Shown piece by piece: positions 61,500 to 64,000 of a DNA stretch of 64,000 bases. Both the position numbers and the translations under genes were made by a program. The notes beneath the pieces were generated by a model. The model was not told the DNA's origin. It worked only from the letters and a program-made list of their open reading frames with translations, and did not search any database. The stretch covers positions 9,168 through 73,167 of the forward strand of contig CAZKME010000001.1 in the NCBI GenBank assembly GCA_964553725.1. The letters run 5' to 3'. The stretch comes from an uncultured Zetaproteobacteria bacterium. GTDB taxonomy: Bacteria; Pseudomonadota; Zetaproteobacteria; Mariprofundales; Mariprofundaceae. Positions within the stretch are counted from its first letter, which is position 1; the number at the start of each line of letters is the position of its first letter.

Positions 61500-62207
61500 T
61501 TAATCCGGCTCAATTTTTTCCTGTTGCTGCGCTGTATCGTTTGTCCGTCTCTTTTTATCTGAAGGCTCACGGCTGTCCCGGTGATCGTGGCTATATTCTT
61601 CCAGAAACACAGTCAAATTGGCGACTACCAGCGAATAAACAACAATACCAATCACCATTGTCATCACGGCCACCATCCGTCCGCCAGGCGTGATCGGCAC
61701 AACATCGCCATAACCAACCGTGGTCAAGGTGACAAAAGCCCACCATAAGCCATCCTGTAAGACCCCGAATTGCGGGTTATGGCCGTGTTCGAGTAGAAAT
61801 GTTGCGGTTCCGAAAACGAAGACAAGACCAAATACCAGCGCCATGGCAACCGGAAGGCTGTCTCCTGAAAATAACACAAGTCGAATAAGGCGATCTTTGT
61901 TGGCGCGAATTAATGCGCCCACTCTCAAGGCAGGAAGCAGGTGCGCGAATCGCAACGCCATCAGCATACGCAATAAAGGCGAAGAGAGCAGTACAATAAT
62001 CACCAGATCCAGCCAGTTGGATTTCATCCAGGCCTTGCGATCATCAGCAACCCAGAAACGCACAAAAAACATTAGCACAAAACAGATGAGCGCAGCCATC
62101 AGCGCCCACGTCGGCCTGTTATCCATAAACGGGAGCGCAACGGCAATGACAGTGGCAGCAAACAGACCACCATCAAGAACACGCTGCAAGATGGTGCGTT
62201 GATTCAT
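61500..62207 (-). CDS. 6TM voltage-gated-type potassium channel
   Basis: Selectivity filter WWAFVTLTTVGYGD, Arg-spaced S4-like segment LLRMLMALRFAHLLPALRV, NWLDL in S3. Confidence 0.92.
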   Translation of the reverse strand: MNQRTILQRVLDGGLFAATVIAVALPFMDNRPTWALMAALICFVLMFFVRFWVADDRKAWMKSNWLDLVIIVLLSSPLLRMLMALRFAHLLPALRVGALIRANKDRLIRLVLFSGDSLPVAMALVFGLVFVFGTATFLLEHGHNPQFGVLQDGLWWAFVTLTTVGYGDVVPITPGGRMVAVMTMVIGIVVYSLVVANLTVFLEEYSHDHRDSREPSDKKRRTNDTAQQQEKIEPD

Positions 62208-62210
62208 TGT

Positions 62211-62723
62211 TTAGTGATCGTTGCCAGCCTTGTGGCCGAAATAAAGCGCCAGAGCAACCAGGAAAATACCACCGCCCATGTAGAGAATATTGAGCGGGTT
62301 ATCAAATGTCACATGCAGCACATTTTTGAAAAAGGCGACAATAAGGATCATCAGGATTACTTTGCCCAAGCGGTCTTTCAAGTCATCCAGGCTTTCGATC
62401 TGTAAAAGCTTGCCGGCGGCAGGGTTGTCGCGGGCGCATTCAAGCGAATCAATATGCAGCTCGTACACGCCAAGACCAAAAATAAGCAACACCATAGCCA
62501 GCAGGAAATCGTCCACCGCAGTAATCACATGACTCACCACCGCAGTATGGAAACCGGGTACATCATGGCCAAAAAGGTACACATTAACAAACTCGATCAG
62601 CAGTTTGCCCATATCAATGGCTGAGAGCGTAAACAACAGCGCCATGCCGATGATACAGGACCACACAGCCAGCAAGGTCATATAACGCGAATTCCACAGT
62701 AGTTTTTCAAAAAAGGATTTCAT
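62211..62723 (-). CDS. YqhA (UPF0114) family membrane protein
   Basis: FEKLLWNSRY, VDDFLLA.VLLIFGLG.YEL, SLDDLK..L.KVILMIL.V.FF. Confidence 0.85.
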   Translation of the reverse strand: MKSFFEKLLWNSRYMTLLAVWSCIIGMALLFTLSAIDMGKLLIEFVNVYLFGHDVPGFHTAVVSHVITAVDDFLLAMVLLIFGLGVYELHIDSLECARDNPAAGKLLQIESLDDLKDRLGKVILMILIVAFFKNVLHVTFDNPLNILYMGGGIFLVALALYFGHKAGNDH

Positions 62724-62833
62724 AATACGCCCCTCTTAATATTTTCCGTAAACCTAGTTCATTATTCATGAATCACCAGCAGGATTACCGTTTACGACTT
62801 TTGCAAGTGGCTCAAAGGTCTCCCGATTTATGA

Positions 62834-63451
62834 TTATGCAGGCCAGTCCCCGGCCCCCTGACGCAACAGCAGGGGTTCTTGCTCGCATAAATCCACGACG
62901 CTCGTGGCCATCATACCGCCCCAGCCGACATCCAGCACCGCACATGAAAAATGTTTCAACAGCGGCACAAACTCATCCGGATCAAAAGCAGGCACATCTT
63001 CGCCCGGAAATTGCAGCGTCGTACACAGCAATATTTCCCCGCAGGCCTCCAGCAACAAATGACAAACCGGATGATCCGGGATGCGCACGCCAATATCACG
63101 GCGTTTTCCAAATATACGGCGCGGCAACGAAGACAGCGCCGGCAGGATAAATGTATAGGCCCCCGGCAAACAGCGTTTCAATAAACGATGCGCTTGATTA
63201 TTCATGCGCACGCATGTTGCTGCTTGCGAAAGATTTGCGCATACCACGGCCCAGAAATGTGAACCATCCAGTTGCCGTAGCTTCCTTATCTCTGCAATCG
63301 CATTCGTGGCATCAGGCCGGCACAACAGCACGTAGGTCGTATCTGTCGGCACCACAACAAAAAAGCCTTGTTTGATCAGTGCCGCCGCGCGCCGAATCTG
63401 CCTGATCTGAGGTCGATCAGGATGCAGTCGCAGATGTTCAAATTGAGCCAT
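62834..63451 (-). CDS. yciO: Sua5/YciO/YrdC family protein (YciO-like)
   Basis: HPDRPQ.R.I, PTDTTY, IRKLRQLD..H, PGAYTFIL, IGVRIPDH, RQGAG. Confidence 0.8.
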   Translation of the reverse strand: MAQFEHLRLHPDRPQIRQIRRAAALIKQGFFVVVPTDTTYVLLCRPDATNAIAEIRKLRQLDGSHFWAVVCANLSQAATCVRMNNQAHRLLKRCLPGAYTFILPALSSLPRRIFGKRRDIGVRIPDHPVCHLLLEACGEILLCTTLQFPGEDVPAFDPDEFVPLLKHFSCAVLDVGWGGMMATSVVDLCEQEPLLLRQGAGDWPA

Positions 63452-63481
63452 CAGCCTTTCTTCCGATCCTTAAACGAATCG

Positions 63482-64000
63482 CTAAAAACCCGGAATCAAG
63501 CCGCCCAGACCTTTGAGAATCTTCTTCTGAGGCGATTCAGGTTGCGCCTGAGGCTGTATTAGCGCCCCCTGTTTGGCAGGCGATCCAGCCGCTTTCCCTC
63601 CGCCCAAAAGCTTGCCCAGGCTGCCACCGAGCTTGCCCTTGTTTAATAAGGCCGGGGCATTATCGATTAATGTTCGGGCATTGATCTCCGGCCTGACTTT
63701 CGGCGCTGCAAACGGGCCGGTAATACGCAGTGGAATCGTCAATCCCTTGCGCAATATGGAGCCGCCCTGGCCTTTCAGCGTGCCGACAACGCGCGGTTTC
63801 ACAAAATAGTCCATTGTCTTGTTGACCAGGTTGACGGTTCCCTTGCCGGTCACCCGCAACAAGGGAGAAACCATAAACAGATCCTGATTGTCCACGATGC
63901 CGTTTTTCACAGTGAAACTACCGGAAAGCTGAGCAAAATCCGTTTCTTTCGGCCCCGCTTTATAGGCTGCCGGGTTGGTAAATTTACGAATGGCCCCGGC
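63482..64000 (-). CDS. AsmA family protein, C-terminal part (truncated by window edge)
   Basis: Frame open to 64000; TDFAQLSGSFTVKNG..DNQDL...SPLLRVTGKG, IPLRITGP. Confidence 0.85.
   Translation of the reverse strand, partial: AGAIRKFTNPAAYKAGPKETDFAQLSGSFTVKNGIVDNQDLFMVSPLLRVTGKGTVNLVNKTMDYFVKPRVVGTLKGQGGSILRKGLTIPLRITGPFAAPKVRPEINARTLIDNAPALLNKGKLGGSLGKLLGGGKAAGSPAKQGALIQPQAQPESPQKKILKGLGGLIPGF

Overview
A 64-kb bacterial chromosomal segment, mostly housekeeping genes. The mix of ubiG, lptD-surA-pdxA, gatCAB, System II cytochrome c biogenesis, class 1B pyrD and a cdaA-cdaR-glmM operon suggests a Zetaproteobacterium (Mariprofundus-like); this is an inference, not a database result. Core blocks are sthA, trpFBA-PDE-accD-folC, ABC permease-amrBAS, ubiG-lptD-surA-pdxA-yqgE, purD-purE-tsaC-resB-ccsB-galU-tsaB-LMW PTP-cdaA-cdaR-glmM, ispD-ispF plus a two-component pair, valS, SRP RNA, hypothetical-tilS-ftsH-folP, pyrD, and gatCAB-asmA-like-aminotransferase. 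No CRISPR array, prophage, rRNA, intact tRNA or transposase was found. The most interesting signals are: (1) an intact c-di-AMP synthesis module, with a class II cyclic-nucleotide PDE, a CBS protein and a K+ channel elsewhere in the window; (2) a 744-aa hypothetical protein coupled to tilS-ftsH-folP that appears to carry a catalytically degenerate class III nucleotidyl-cyclase fold; (3) a PDZ/multi-TM sensor kinase, NarL regulator and Cys-rich secreted protein module with a palindromic operator candidate; (4) several families of MITE-like palindromic intergenic elements; (5) two pseudogenes eroded by internal deletions. All protein assignments come from motif recognition by eye.
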